Source: an uncultured Candidatus Rokubacteria bacterium
GTDB taxonomy: Bacteria > Methylomirabilota > Methylomirabilia > Rokubacteriales > CSP1-6
Length of the DNA: 64,000 nucleotides
Assembly: GCA_963754315.1 (NCBI GenBank)
Contig: CAVWFS010000018.1
Coordinates: forward strand, 832,001 to 896,000
Reading direction: 5' to 3'
A program made the translations under genes and the position numbers. Positions 1 through 12,308 of the stretch are shown here, one piece after another (position 1 is the stretch's first letter; each line of letters begins with the position of its first letter). The notes under the pieces are model-generated. The model did not search any database. It was not told where the DNA came from and worked only from the letters and a program-made list of their open reading frames with translations.

Positions 1-2136
<2,136 letters not shown>

Positions 2137-2168
2137 AGGCCCATATCTAGAGCCTAGCCGTCGGTCGT

Positions 2169-2192
2169 AGCACTAGGGATAGTGCTTTTTTT
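2169..2192 (+). terminator. Rho-independent terminator after secA
   Basis: AGCACTA-GGGA-TAGTGCT perfect 7-bp stem with GNRA loop, followed by a T run. Confidence 0.7.
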
Positions 2193-2228
2193 CTAGGGTT
2201 TGAGCATGGGGCCGTGCTACATAACCTC

Positions 2229-5200
2229 ATGCGGCTCGAGCAGATCACGCTGCACGGGTTCAAGTCCTTCGTCGACCGGACGGTTCTGAAGGTCCTCCCC
2301 GGCATCACTGGCATCGTCGGCCCGAACGGGTGCGGCAAGAGCAACATCGCGGAGGCGGTGCGCTGGGCCCTGGGTGAGCAGAGCGCGAAATCGCTCCGGG
2401 GGCAGCGCATGGAGGATCTCGTCTTCCATGGCTCCTCCTCGCGCAAGCCGATCGGTATGGCCGAGGTCAATCTCACCTTCAGCAACGACGGAACCCTCGC
2501 CGTGCCGTGGACCGAGATCGAGGTAACCCGCCGACTCTACCGGACGGGCGAGAGCGAGTACCTGCTCAATAAGACCCCGTCTCGCCTGCGCGACATGCTC
2601 GACCTCTTTGCTGGAACGGGAGCCAACCCGCGCGCCTACTCGATCATGGATCAGGACAAACTCAACCACGTCCTGACCGCGAAGCCTCACGAGCGCCGTG
2701 TGTTCATCGAAGAGGCGGCGGGCATCGCCCGCTACAAGCAGCAGCGCCACGAGACGGAGGGCAAGCTCGACGGGGCGCGCCAGAACTTGGTGCGGGTCCG
2801 TGACGTCATGGACGAGGTCAAGCGTCAGCTCACGTCGCTCGAGCGCCAGGCCAAGCGGGCCGCGCACTACAAGGCGCTCGAGGCAGAGCGCCGGCAGCTG
2901 GCTCTCAGCCTGGTGGCAGCAGACTATGCGGCTCTGGTGACCGAGGCTGAGCGTGTGGCCGCGCTCATGACCGTACATCGAGATCGCGAATTTGTCCTTC
3001 GGGCGGACGCGTCCCAGCACGCCGCGCGCGCCGCCGCTCAGCGTGTCCTCATCCAGGAGAGCGATCACCGGCTCGCCGACCTCCGCCAGGCGGTGCAAAA
3101 GGTCCAGGGGGACGTCGAACGGCTCCTGGAGCGCCGTGAACAGCTCGGGGTACAGCTTCGCGAGCTGGTGGCCGAGGAACGACGCCTCGACGAGGATCTG
3201 CGTCTCACCGTCGAGCGCCTGGACGGCATTACAAGCCAGCGTGCGGCTCTGGGAGAATCGGCGCGGGAGGCAGAGGTGCTCGTGCAAACCCGCAGCCGGG
3301 CGGCGACCCAGCTCGAGGCACGTCTGGATGAGCATCGCGGGGCGTTGACCGCCGACCGGGACCGCCTCGAGGCCCAGCGTCAGGAACAGATCCGCTTGGG
3401 TGCCGAGAGAACCGATCTCATGCGCGGCGCTGGCGAGCTGCGCGAGCGACTGGCCCAGCTCACCTCGCGCCGGGAGCGCCTGGCCGGCGAACTGGAAGGG
3501 GTGAGCGTCGAGGCTGCGCACTTCGTCACCCTTCGGGAGGGTCTCGAGGCGCATCGAACCCGGGCCCTGGGTGAGATCGCATCGCTCGGGGCGCAGCGCG
3601 ACGGCCTTACGCGAGAGCTGGAGGAGCGCGCGCGCCTGCTCGCGGAGACTGAGCGGCGGTTGGCAGAGGGAAGGCTTGCCCTCGCTGCACGGTGCTCGAG
3701 CCTCGAGGCGCTGCGGGAGCTGGAGCGCGCGCGGGAGGGATACGGCGCCGGTGTGCGTGCCGTGTTCGGGCAGAGCGCGGGCGGCGAGGTCGATGGCGCC
3801 ATCGCTGGAGGAAGGCCCCTGACCGGAGTGGTCGGAACGGTGGCCGATCTCCTCGAAGTCCCGGCGGGTCTGGAGCGCGCCGTGGAAGCCGTCTTGGGAG
3901 AGCGCCTGCAATGGGTCGTCGTCGAGCGGTTTGATCAGGGGCGGGCGGCCGTCACCTACCTGCGCGAGCAGGGCGCTGGCACGGCGACGTTCCTGCCGCT
4001 CGACCACTTGCCGGAGGCATCGGAGCCGCTCCCGGACGACAGTGGCGTGCGGTGGGTAGCCCACGCAGTCACCGCGCCGCGTGACGGCCTCGTACGCTAC
4101 CTGCTGGGCCGGGTTGCGGTTGTCGATCACCTCGATCACGCGGAGGCACTGTGGCGGCGTAACGGCGTGGTCGCCACCTATGTGACGCCGACGGGAGAGG
4201 TGCTAGGCCCGACCGGTCGCTTGCGTGGGGGAACCGAGGCAACCGACGCCTCGTCCGAGCAGTCGCTGCTCGCGCGCAAGCGTCGCCTCCGCGAATTGGT
4301 CGATGAGGTGCAACGCCGGGTGGGCGAGGTCGAACAAGAGGAAGAGGCGACGAGCACGCTCGCCGTCGAAGTGGCCAACCTGCGTGAGCGCGGGGCCGCC
4401 CTCGAGGCAGCTCTTCAGGCCCGACAGGCGGAGCGGCTCGCGGGAGACAAGGACCTCGAGCAGGCGACCCGCGAGCACGATCGCCTCGAGCGTCACCGCG
4501 AAACCTTGGGGTTCGAGACGAGCCAGGTGACCCGCGAGGCCGAGGAGACAGCGCAGACTCTCGCTGCCCTCGAGCGCCGACTCCAGCTTGCCCACGAGGC
4601 GGAGGTGAAGCACGAAACGGCGATGGGGACCCTGCGTGCCGCGATCGAGATCTCCTTGGCCGAGAACGCCGTGCTGAGCGGCGAGCTGACGGCGTGTCAG
4701 GTGGACCTGGCCTCGGCTCGCGAGCGCGTGGAGGCGCTCGGGCGCGAGGGCTTACATCTGAACGAGATGGAGGCGGACTTCACGGATCGAATCGAGTCGG
4801 GCCGATCACGCCAGGTCGAACTGCGAGAGCGCGTGGGATCGGTCCAGGGCGAGCGTGAGCGCGCGGACGAGGCCGCCCAGGCGGCCGCCGGCGAGCGCGA
4901 TCGCCTGGAGGGGGAGGTGCGGGTCAGCGCTGAGCACCACGAAGATCTCCTCGGGCAGCTGGCCGCTGTGGAGTCGGAGGTCCGGCGTGTGGACGGCGAT
5001 GTGGCAGCCCTCACGGCGGCTATCCATGAGCTGGAACTGCGCGCGACGGAGGGACGCGTGCGGGCGGAGGAGCTTGCACAGGAAGCGCGGCGCACGTATG
5101 GCGTGGAGGAACCCGCCTTGCGCGAACTGTCGGGGCCGGCCCCTGACCTCGAGGCAGTGCGTGAGCGCTGCGCCTTCCTCGGTGAAAAGCTGCAGGCCCT

Positions 5201-5801
5201 CGGTCCGGTCAATCTGGTGGCTGACGAGGAATACCGCGAGCTGGACGAGCGGCTGTCCTTTCTGCGCACCCAGTACGACGACCTGGTAGCCTCGATCAAG
5301 GATCTCGAAAAGGCCTTGCGCGGCATGACCCGCACTGCCCAGGAGCGCTTCAGCGAAGCCTTCGCGCAGGTCAACCAGCACTTCCAGGAGATTTTCGGCC
5401 GCCTCTTCGAGGGGGGGCGGGCGGAGCTTCGCCTGGTCGAGCCGGAGGAGGGCAGTGATCCACTGGAGATCGGGGTGGAACTCATGGCTCAGCCGCGCGG
5501 CAAGCGACTGCAGTCGGTCACCCTGATGTCGGGCGGAGAACGGGCCCTCACAGGGCTTGCCTTGCTCTTCGCGATCTTCTTCTTTAGGCCAAGCCCGTTC
5601 TGCGTGCTAGACGAAGTCGACGCGCCGCTGGACGACGCCAATATCCATCGCTTTCTGCGCGTCCTGCGGGAGCTGACCAGCCAGACCCAATTTCTCGTCA
5701 TCACCCACAATCGCAAGACCATGGAGGCGACGGATGCGCTCTACGGCGTCACCATGGAAGAGCCGGGGCTCTCCAAGGTCGTTTCCGTTAACCTCCGGTA
5801 A
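2229..5801 (+). CDS. smc: Chromosome segregation protein SMC
   Basis: GFKSF, Walker A GPNGCGKSN, long coiled coils, hinge GEVLGPTGRLRGG, signature MSGGE, Walker B/D-loop VLDEVDAPLD; ATG 2229. Confidence 0.97.
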   Translation: MRLEQITLHGFKSFVDRTVLKVLPGITGIVGPNGCGKSNIAEAVRWALGEQSAKSLRGQRMEDLVFHGSSSRKPIGMAEVNLTFSNDGTLAVPWTEIEVTRRLYRTGESEYLLNKTPSRLRDMLDLFAGTGANPRAYSIMDQDKLNHVLTAKPHERRVFIEEAAGIARYKQQRHETEGKLDGARQNLVRVRDVMDEVKRQLTSLERQAKRAAHYKALEAERRQLALSLVAADYAALVTEAERVAALMTVHRDREFVLRADASQHAARAAAQRVLIQESDHRLADLRQAVQKVQGDVERLLERREQLGVQLRELVAEERRLDEDLRLTVERLDGITSQRAALGESAREAEVLVQTRSRAATQLEARLDEHRGALTADRDRLEAQRQEQIRLGAERTDLMRGAGELRERLAQLTSRRERLAGELEGVSVEAAHFVTLREGLEAHRTRALGEIASLGAQRDGLTRELEERARLLAETERRLAEGRLALAARCSSLEALRELERAREGYGAGVRAVFGQSAGGEVDGAIAGGRPLTGVVGTVADLLEVPAGLERAVEAVLGERLQWVVVERFDQGRAAVTYLREQGAGTATFLPLDHLPEASEPLPDDSGVRWVAHAVTAPRDGLVRYLLGRVAVVDHLDHAEALWRRNGVVATYVTPTGEVLGPTGRLRGGTEATDASSEQSLLARKRRLRELVDEVQRRVGEVEQEEEATSTLAVEVANLRERGAALEAALQARQAERLAGDKDLEQATREHDRLERHRETLGFETSQVTREAEETAQTLAALERRLQLAHEAEVKHETAMGTLRAAIEISLAENAVLSGELTACQVDLASARERVEALGREGLHLNEMEADFTDRIESGRSRQVELRERVGSVQGERERADEAAQAAAGERDRLEGEVRVSAEHHEDLLGQLAAVESEVRRVDGDVAALTAAIHELELRATEGRVRAEELAQEARRTYGVEEPALRELSGPAPDLEAVRERCAFLGEKLQALGPVNLVADEEYRELDERLSFLRTQYDDLVASIKDLEKALRGMTRTAQERFSEAFAQVNQHFQEIFGRLFEGGRAELRLVEPEEGSDPLEIGVELMAQPRGKRLQSVTLMSGGERALTGLALLFAIFFFRPSPFCVLDEVDAPLDDANIHRFLRVLRELTSQTQFLVITHNRKTMEATDALYGVTMEEPGLSKVVSVNLR

Positions 5802-5875
5802 TGGGGGGCCTCGAAAGGGCCCCCCAAACCCCCCGGCGTTCGTCGCGCCCCGGGGAACCCGTGGCGCTCCTCGAT
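5802..5875. repeat. GC-rich double-hairpin REP-like element
   Basis: TGGGGGGCC-TCGAAAG-GGCCCCCCA stem (5802-5826), C-run, second hairpin GCGCC-C-CGGG-GAA-CCCG-T-GGCGC (5845-5867). Confidence 0.6.
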
Positions 5876-5888
5876 CGCTCTCGCGTGC

Positions 5889-5917
5889 GTGAAAGCCGGG
5901 CGCGGATACGCTAGACT
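5889..5917 (+). promoter_or_regulatory. Putative sigma70 promoter of rodZ-like gene
   Basis: GTGAAA-17 nt-TAGACT, ending 12 nt before ATG 5930. Confidence 0.4.
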
Positions 5918-5929
5918 ACACGGTGCCGG

Positions 5930-6799
5930 ATGGCGTCGACAGGCAGTCTGCTCCGTGAGCTGCGCGAGCAGCGAGGCGTTTCCCTCGAGGACGTAGCCCG
6001 CTCCACGAGGATAAATCCTCGATTCCTCGCGGCGCTTGAAACGGACGATCTCGCGGCGCTGCCGGCGGGCCCCTTCGCCAGGGGATTCATTCGCGCCTAC
6101 TGTGAGGCGCTTGGTGCCTCATCGGATGCCGTCCTTGCCCAGTATCCTCTGATGTCCACCGATCCCGGCAGCCTTCCTCGGCCGCCGTCCGGCCGTCGCC
6201 GGGTCCCGCTCGGCGGCGCATCCCCCCTCCTCGTCAGCCTGGCCCTTTTCGTCGGTCTTGGTCTCGCCCTCGCGGCGGTGACCCTGGCTCTCCGGCCCAC
6301 TCGAGACGAGGCTCTCCCGCGCTCGGTGCCGCCGAGGAGCCACGCCGGGAGCGCGGCAGCCTACACGGCCGAGGCCGTGGTGCCCGGACCCCTCGGCGAA
6401 GCCCGCACGTCGTCGGTCGCCACCGGCGCGACGGTGGAGCCCGCGCCTCCTCGCCTCGTTCCATCGACGGATCAGGCGGCGTCCGCGGCAGCGCCGCGGA
6501 CGCCTCAGGCGGCTCTTTCGCCTTCGCGCCCGTCCACCGCTTCCAAAGTCAAGTCCTATCGGCTGGTGGCGCGGACCTCCCAGGCAACCCGGATTCGGGT
6601 CCGACTCGATGGGCGTCGCACAGTTGAAGAGACGATTCCGGCCGGAGCCGTACGGGAATGGATCTCCAGCCGGCCCTTCGAGCTTCGTATCGTGAACGCC
6701 GGTGGCGTCACCCTTGAGCTGAACGGTCGGGTGCTGCCGCCCCTTGGTGCCCGGGGAACCACCATACATCATCTGGTGCTACCCACGGAGCCGCGGTGA
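5930..6799 (+). CDS. rodZ: RodZ-like protein (HTH, TM helix, Pro/Ala linker, DUF4115-like C-terminus)
   Basis: GSLLRELREQRGVSLEDVARSTRI...LAALE...FARGFIRAYCEALG; TM LLVSLALFVGLGLALAAV; C-terminal NAGGVTLELNG. Confidence 0.8.
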   Translation: MASTGSLLRELREQRGVSLEDVARSTRINPRFLAALETDDLAALPAGPFARGFIRAYCEALGASSDAVLAQYPLMSTDPGSLPRPPSGRRRVPLGGASPLLVSLALFVGLGLALAAVTLALRPTRDEALPRSVPPRSHAGSAAAYTAEAVVPGPLGEARTSSVATGATVEPAPPRLVPSTDQAASAAAPRTPQAALSPSRPSTASKVKSYRLVARTSQATRIRVRLDGRRTVEETIPAGAVREWISSRPFELRIVNAGGVTLELNGRVLPPLGARGTTIHHLVLPTEPR

Positions 6800-7722
6800 A
6801 GTTCTTTGCCGGGCTCGGCGATCGCCTGCGTCAGGGGCTCAGACGATCGCAGCAACTCCTCGTCGGTGAGCTCACGGAGATCTTCGCGCCGGAGCGTGCG
6901 CTCGACGACGCGCTGTTTCAGGAGCTCGAGGAGGTCCTGATCGCGGCGGATCTCGGAGCGCCGCTGGCCGCGGATTTTGTCAACCGAGCGCGTGAGGAGG
7001 TCACGTTCGGCACCGTGACAAAGGCCGATCAGCTGCGACCCTTGTTCCGGCGCTTTCTCCTGGACATCCTGAAGCCAGCCTCGCAAGCGCTCGACCTCGA
7101 CCATCGTCCCGCGGTCGTGCTGATGCTTGGTGTCAATGGCTCAGGCAAGACCACGACGAGCGCCAAGCTGGCCGCAGCGATGAAGGCTGACGGAAAGCAG
7201 GTCATTCTGGCGGCGGCGGACACCTTCCGTGCTGCCGCCATCGAGCAGTTGGTGAGCTGGGGAGATCGGGTGGGGGTCGAAGTGATCCGTCAGACCGCTG
7301 GCTCCGACCCGGCCGCCGTCGTGTTCGACGCCCTGAAGGCGGCGAGTGCGCGGGGCATCGATGCCCTGGTGATCGACACGGCTGGCCGGCTTCACACCAA
7401 GTCCAATCTCATGGACGAGCTGGGCAAGCTGACGCGCGTTGTAGCTCGCCAGCTCCCCGGCGCTCCTCACGAAAAGCTGATGGTGCTCGATGCGATCACA
7501 GGGCAGAACGGCTTTGCCCAGGCGCGCATGTTCCACGAGACCATCGGGCTCACTGGTGTTTGCCTCACCAAACTCGACGGGACAGCCAAGGGGGGCATCG
7601 TGGTGCGCATCGTGCGCGAGCTGGGCCTGCCCCTGAAACTGATCGGTGTGGGCGAGAAGCTGGAGGACCTTCAGCCTTTCGAGCCAGAGCGCTTCGTCGA
7701 CGCCCTCATGCCCGAGCCATGA
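6796..7722 (+). CDS. ftsY: Signal recognition particle receptor FtsY
   Basis: GVNGSGKTT, AADTFRAAA, DTAGRL, TKLDGTAKGG, GVGEKLEDL; short form lacking the acidic domain. Confidence 0.97.
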   Translation: MKFFAGLGDRLRQGLRRSQQLLVGELTEIFAPERALDDALFQELEEVLIAADLGAPLAADFVNRAREEVTFGTVTKADQLRPLFRRFLLDILKPASQALDLDHRPAVVLMLGVNGSGKTTTSAKLAAAMKADGKQVILAAADTFRAAAIEQLVSWGDRVGVEVIRQTAGSDPAAVVFDALKAASARGIDALVIDTAGRLHTKSNLMDELGKLTRVVARQLPGAPHEKLMVLDAITGQNGFAQARMFHETIGLTGVCLTKLDGTAKGGIVVRIVRELGLPLKLIGVGEKLEDLQPFEPERFVDALMPEP

Positions 7723-8834
7723 CATCAGCAGTGGGCGACGAGGTGTTCATGCGCCGGGCCTTGGAATTGGCGGAGCAGGCGGCGGGGCTAACGTCCCCCA
7801 ATCCCCTCGTGGGCGCCGTAGTCGTGAATGAGGGCAAGGTCGTGGGCGAGGGATTCCATCGCGGGGCGGGCGAGGCGCACGCCGAGGTCGACGCGCTGTC
7901 CGCCGCTGGCGAGCGCGCCCGGGGCGCAACCCTCTTCGTCACCTTGGAGCCCTGCGCGCACTGGGGCCGGACACCGCCGTGTGCCCCGCAGGTCGCAGCA
8001 GCGGGGGTCCGACGCGTCGTGGCGGCGCTGACCGACCCTAATCCTCAGGTCGCGGGGCGCGGCCTGACGATCCTGCGTGGGGCAGGGGTCGAGGTCGTGG
8101 TCGGTCTGCTGGCGGACGAGGCTCAGCGACAGAACCGGGCGTTCCTCACGTCGATGCGGCTGGGACGCCCGCACGTCACGCTCAAGATCGCGATGACCCT
8201 CGACGGCAAGATCGCCGACCGGGAAGGCGCCTCGCGGTGGATCACCGGGGCCGACGCCCGGGTTGAGGCGCATCGCCTGCGCAGCCAGTCCGACGCTATT
8301 CTAGTCGGGATTGGTACCGTGCTGCTTGACGACCCGGAGCTGACCGTACGCCTCGGCAAGCCGTGGCCACGCGAGCCGTACCGGGTGGTGCTGGATGTGG
8401 GTGCCCGAACACCGTCGGACGCCCGTGTCGTGAAAGCGGGCACCCATGCCCGCACGCTGGTGATGGTGGGTCACGACGCGCCCGCCGAGCGCGCGGCGTG
8501 CCTGTCGGCGGCCGGCGCAGTGGTGGTGCGGGGGCCGGAACGGGACGGCCACGTCGACCTCAAGACCGTGCTGTCCGAGCTGCACAAACGAGAGGTCCGA
8601 GCCTTGCTTGTGGAGGGTGGCGCCGAGGTTCACGGAGCGTTTCTGGAGGCTGGGGTCGCGGATCGGATCGTGGTGTTCATCGCCCCCCTGCTGCTTGGAG
8701 GACGGGCAGCACCCTCGGCCATCGCCGGGCTCGGGCTTCCGTTGAAGGGCGCTCAGCGTCTCGGCTCCCTCACGGTCCGCTCGGTGGGCTCCGACCTGCT
8801 GATCGAAGCCGACGTGGCCGCCCCGCCGGTCTGA
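7719..8834 (+). CDS. ribD: Bifunctional riboflavin deaminase/reductase RibD
   Basis: SPNPLVGAV, HAE, TLEPCAHWGRTPPC, TLDGKIA, LLVEGG; ATGA overlap with ftsY. Confidence 0.96.
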   Translation: MTSAVGDEVFMRRALELAEQAAGLTSPNPLVGAVVVNEGKVVGEGFHRGAGEAHAEVDALSAAGERARGATLFVTLEPCAHWGRTPPCAPQVAAAGVRRVVAALTDPNPQVAGRGLTILRGAGVEVVVGLLADEAQRQNRAFLTSMRLGRPHVTLKIAMTLDGKIADREGASRWITGADARVEAHRLRSQSDAILVGIGTVLLDDPELTVRLGKPWPREPYRVVLDVGARTPSDARVVKAGTHARTLVMVGHDAPAERAACLSAAGAVVVRGPERDGHVDLKTVLSELHKREVRALLVEGGAEVHGAFLEAGVADRIVVFIAPLLLGGRAAPSAIAGLGLPLKGAQRLGSLTVRSVGSDLLIEADVAAPPV

Positions 8835-9436
8835 TGTTCACGGGCATCGTGGAGGAGGTCGGCGCAGTCCTGGACGTCACTCGCGGCAAACAGTCGGCGC
8901 GGCTCGAGGTGGAGGCGGCGCTCACCACCGAAGGCAGTGAAATCGGAGCGAGCGTAGCCATTAATGGCGTTTGCCTCACCGTGGTCGCCCGGCGGCCCCG
9001 CGGTTTCGCGTTCGATCTTGGCCCGGAGACCTTGGCCGTGTCAGCCCTGGGCGAACTGGCGGTGGGCGACGGCGTGAACCTGGAGCGCCCGCTTCGTTTC
9101 GGCGGCGCCTTGGGGGGCCACCTCGTCCTGGGTCACGTGGACGGGGTGGGCACGGTGGAAGAGGTGAGCCGTGTAGAATCAACGGCCAGGGTAAGAATTG
9201 CGCTGGCCGGTGGGGAGCTGGAGCCGCTCCTCATCGCAAAGGGATCGGTGGCGGTGGACGGCGTCAGCTTGACGGTGGCCGCACTTGGACGACAGGCGTT
9301 CGAGATCATGCTCATCCCGCACACGCTGTCGGCCACCACCTTGGGGCGACTCCGCGCGGGGCAGCGAGTCAATATCGAGACCGATGTCATCGGGAAGTAT
9401 CTGCAGCGGGCGTTGGCGCTCAAGGGGATTGCATGA
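8834..9436 (+). CDS. ribE: Riboflavin synthase (alpha chain)
   Basis: Invariant N-terminus [39 protein letters not shown]. Confidence 0.96.
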   Translation: MFTGIVEEVGAVLDVTRGKQSARLEVEAALTTEGSEIGASVAINGVCLTVVARRPRGFAFDLGPETLAVSALGELAVGDGVNLERPLRFGGALGGHLVLGHVDGVGTVEEVSRVESTARVRIALAGGELEPLLIAKGSVAVDGVSLTVAALGRQAFEIMLIPHTLSATTLGRLRAGQRVNIETDVIGKYLQRALALKGIA

Positions 9437-10644
9437 ACCTGTTCGCGACCGTCGAAGAGGCGATCGAGGAGATCCGCCAGGGGCGGATCCTCGTCGTCGT
9501 GGACGACGAGGATCGCGAGAACGAGGGTGATCTGGTCATGGCCGCCGACGCGGCCACCCCCGAAGCCGTGAACTTCATGGCGAAGTATGGACGTGGTCTC
9601 ATCTGCGTCCCCATGACGGGCGAACGGCTCGACGAGCTGAAGATCTCCATGATGGTCACGGACAACACCGCGCCCATGGGTACGGCGTTCACGGAGACGG
9701 TGGACGCCCGGCGAGGCGTGACCACGGGAACGTCAGCCTACGATCGCGCGGTCACCATCCGCACCCTGGTCGATGCGACGACCAGCCCCAGCGATCTGAC
9801 TCGCCCCGGCCACATCTTTCCTCTGCGCGCGATGCCGGGCGGTGTGCTGCGCCGGGCCGGGCACACCGAAGCGGCCGTAGACCTGGCCCGGCTCGCCGGA
9901 CGAGCGCACGCTGGCGTGATCTGCGAGATCCTCGACGAATCGGGCGGCATGGCGCGCGGGCCCGAGCTGGCCGAGTTGGCCGAGCGGTTCGGCCTGAAGA
10001 TGATTACCATCAAGGGTCTCATCGACTATCGGCGCCGTCACGAGAAGCTGATACGCCGGATTGCGACGACCAAGCTCCCCACCGAGTTCGGCGACTTCGT
10101 CGCGATCGCCTACGAGACGACGGTATACAGCCGCGTTCATCTTGCCCTCACGATGGGCGACGTGAAAGGGGAGGAGCCCGTCCTTGTCCGGATGCACTCG
10201 GAGTGCTTGACCGGTGACGTTTTCCGCTCACGGCGCTGTGACTGCGGGTCGCAGCTGGAGAAGGCGCTCGCGCTGATCCGGGCCGAGCAGCGCGGCGTCG
10301 TGGTGTACCTCAAGCAAGAAGGGCGGGGGATCGGCCTGCACAACAAGATCCGCGCGTACGAGCTGCAGGATCAGGGCAAGGACACCGTCGAGGCCAATCA
10401 GGCGCTCGGCTTTTCGGCGGACCTCCGCGACTATGGCATCGGCGCCCAGATCCTCGCCGATCTCGGGGTGAGAAACCTCCGCCTGCTCACCAACAACCCG
10501 AAGAAAATCGTCGGCTTGGAGGGGTACGGACTCCACTTCGTCGAGCGCGTGCCCATCGAGATCCCGGCCACCGACGCCAACCGCAAGTATCTCAGCACCA
10601 AGCGCGACAAGCTCGGCCACTTGCTGTCGTCGCTGCCTGACTGA
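9433..10644 (+). CDS. ribBA: Bifunctional DHBP synthase / GTP cyclohydrolase II
   Basis: [56 protein letters not shown]. Confidence 0.97.
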   Translation: MNLFATVEEAIEEIRQGRILVVVDDEDRENEGDLVMAADAATPEAVNFMAKYGRGLICVPMTGERLDELKISMMVTDNTAPMGTAFTETVDARRGVTTGTSAYDRAVTIRTLVDATTSPSDLTRPGHIFPLRAMPGGVLRRAGHTEAAVDLARLAGRAHAGVICEILDESGGMARGPELAELAERFGLKMITIKGLIDYRRRHEKLIRRIATTKLPTEFGDFVAIAYETTVYSRVHLALTMGDVKGEEPVLVRMHSECLTGDVFRSRRCDCGSQLEKALALIRAEQRGVVVYLKQEGRGIGLHNKIRAYELQDQGKDTVEANQALGFSADLRDYGIGAQILADLGVRNLRLLTNNPKKIVGLEGYGLHFVERVPIEIPATDANRKYLSTKRDKLGHLLSSLPD

Positions 10645-10658
10645 CCCAGAGAGAGGAC

Positions 10659-11168
10659 ATGGGACGCGCTCCGCGCTCGCGGCCGCTACCCTCGGGTCGA
10701 GGTCGGGCCTGGCGGTTCGCGATCGTGGCGGCTCGGTTCAACGAACCGATCAGTGCCCGCCTGGTGGAGGGAGCACGCCAGGCATTCACGGCGGCGGAGG
10801 TGCCGGCGACGGCCGTCGAGGTGCACTGGGTGCCGGGCTCGTTCGAGCTACCCCAGGCCGCTCGATACCTGGCCACCAGTGGACGCTACACGGCCATCGT
10901 GTGTGTGGGCGTGGTCATCCGCGGCGAGACGCCGCACTTCGAGCACGTCGCACGCGAGGCGGCGAGCGGGATCCAGCACGTGGCGCTGACTACTGGAGTG
11001 CCGGTCATGTTCGGCGTCGTCACCACCCACACTGAGGAGCAAGCCTGGGCGCGGGCGGGCGGCAAGGTGGCGAACCGCGGCGAGGAGGCGGCGCGGGCGG
11101 CCTTGGAGATGGCAGGGTTCGTCCGGCGCCTCCGGACGCGGAAGGATGCGAAGCGTGGGACGGCGTAG
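10659..11168 (+). CDS. ribH: 6,7-dimethyl-8-ribityllumazine synthase
   Basis: ARFNE, VPGSFELP, VIRGETPHF, PVMFGV; SD GAGGA. Confidence 0.95.
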   Translation: MGRAPRSRPLPSGRGRAWRFAIVAARFNEPISARLVEGARQAFTAAEVPATAVEVHWVPGSFELPQAARYLATSGRYTAIVCVGVVIRGETPHFEHVAREAASGIQHVALTTGVPVMFGVVTTHTEEQAWARAGGKVANRGEEAARAALEMAGFVRRLRTRKDAKRGTA

Positions 11169-11571
11169 GAAAGCGCGTGAGGTCGCCCTCCAGTTCCTCT
11201 ACCAACTCGACGTGAGTGGGGACGTCGAGCCGGCTCCCCCCGCGGCCGAGTTCTGGTCGCGCCATCCTGTCGATGCCCAGACGCGCGCTTTCGCCGAGGA
11301 GCTGGTCTTCGGGGCGAAGCAGAACCAGGGCAAGATCGATGCCCTCCTCGCTCAGTCCGTGGAACACTGGGATCTCGAGCGGATGGCCGCCGTGGATCGC
11401 AATATCCTGCGCGCGGCGGTGTACGAGCTTCTGTGGCATGCGGAGGTGCCCCCCAAGGTGGCTATCAACGAAGCGATCGAGATCGCCAAGAAGTTCGGGA
11501 CGCAGGAGTCCAGCCGCTTCATCAACGGCGTCCTCGATCGCATCGCCCGCGAACTGCGGCCGACCTGCTGA
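11155..11571 (+). CDS. nusB: Transcription antitermination factor NusB
   Basis: RRKAREVALQFLY, VDRNILR, VAINEAIEIAKKFG, FINGVLD; start GTG 11155 (alternative ATG 11146). Confidence 0.95.
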   Translation: MGRRRKAREVALQFLYQLDVSGDVEPAPPAAEFWSRHPVDAQTRAFAEELVFGAKQNQGKIDALLAQSVEHWDLERMAAVDRNILRAAVYELLWHAEVPPKVAINEAIEIAKKFGTQESSRFINGVLDRIARELRPTC

Positions 11572-11577
11572 CCTCGG

Positions 11578-12303
11578 GTGCGCTACGCGATCCTGTCCGA
11601 CATCCACGGTAACTTCGAGGCGCTCCAGGCGGTGCTCGACGATGCCGCCATGCGCACCGACGCCCTGCTCTGTCTGGGAGATGTCGTCGGCTACGGCCCC
11701 GATCCCGAGCGCTGTGTGGACGCGGTGGCCGCGCGTGCGGAGGCGATGGTGGGGGGTAACCACGAGCACGCAGTGGCCGGCCGCCTGAGTCTCGACTGGT
11801 TCAATCCGTACGCGCGGGCTGCCGCCGAGTGGACGTCAGAGCGCCTGGACGACGACCAGCGTAGCTATCTCGGGGAGCTTCCTCTCGTCGCCGAGGTCTT
11901 GGACGCGACCATCGTGCACTCGTCCCCCGTGCACCCCGAGGAATGGCACTACCTGGTCGAGGCCGAGGATGGGTTCGAGGCGTTCCAGGCCTTCACCAGC
12001 CGCCTGTGCTTCGTGGGGCACTCTCACCGGCCGGCCGTGTGGTCGCTTGGATCGTCGGGCCGGGAGTATGCACCGGGAGGGATCGACATCCGTCTCGACG
12101 CGGGGCGACGCTACATCGTGAACGTGGGGAGCGTCGGGCAGCCTCGTGACCGTGATCCGCGGGCGGCCTATGTCGTCTGGGACGTCGAGGCCCGCCGAAT
12201 CGAGGGGCGGCGGGTCGCTTACGACGTGTCCGTCACCCATCGGAAGATCGTGCAGGCAGGATTGCCCAAGTTCCTCGCCGATCGCCTCCGCGTCGGCACC
12301 TAG
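11578..12303 (+). CDS. Calcineurin-like metallophosphoesterase
   Basis: SDIHGN, GDVVGYG, GNHE, GHSH, NVGSVGQPRD. Confidence 0.9.
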   Translation: MRYAILSDIHGNFEALQAVLDDAAMRTDALLCLGDVVGYGPDPERCVDAVAARAEAMVGGNHEHAVAGRLSLDWFNPYARAAAEWTSERLDDDQRSYLGELPLVAEVLDATIVHSSPVHPEEWHYLVEAEDGFEAFQAFTSRLCFVGHSHRPAVWSLGSSGREYAPGGIDIRLDAGRRYIVNVGSVGQPRDRDPRAAYVVWDVEARRIEGRRVAYDVSVTHRKIVQAGLPKFLADRLRVGT

Positions 12304-12308
12304 CGCGC

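Noticed and set aside
2168..2188. CIRCE-like half sites TAGCACT...AGTGCT
   Set aside because: Only 6 nt between halves versus 11 in a true CIRCE; the GNRA loop plus T run fit a terminator better
2217..4139. 640-aa minus-strand ORF
   Set aside because: Antisense shadow of smc; no recognisable motifs, typical of high-GC coding DNA
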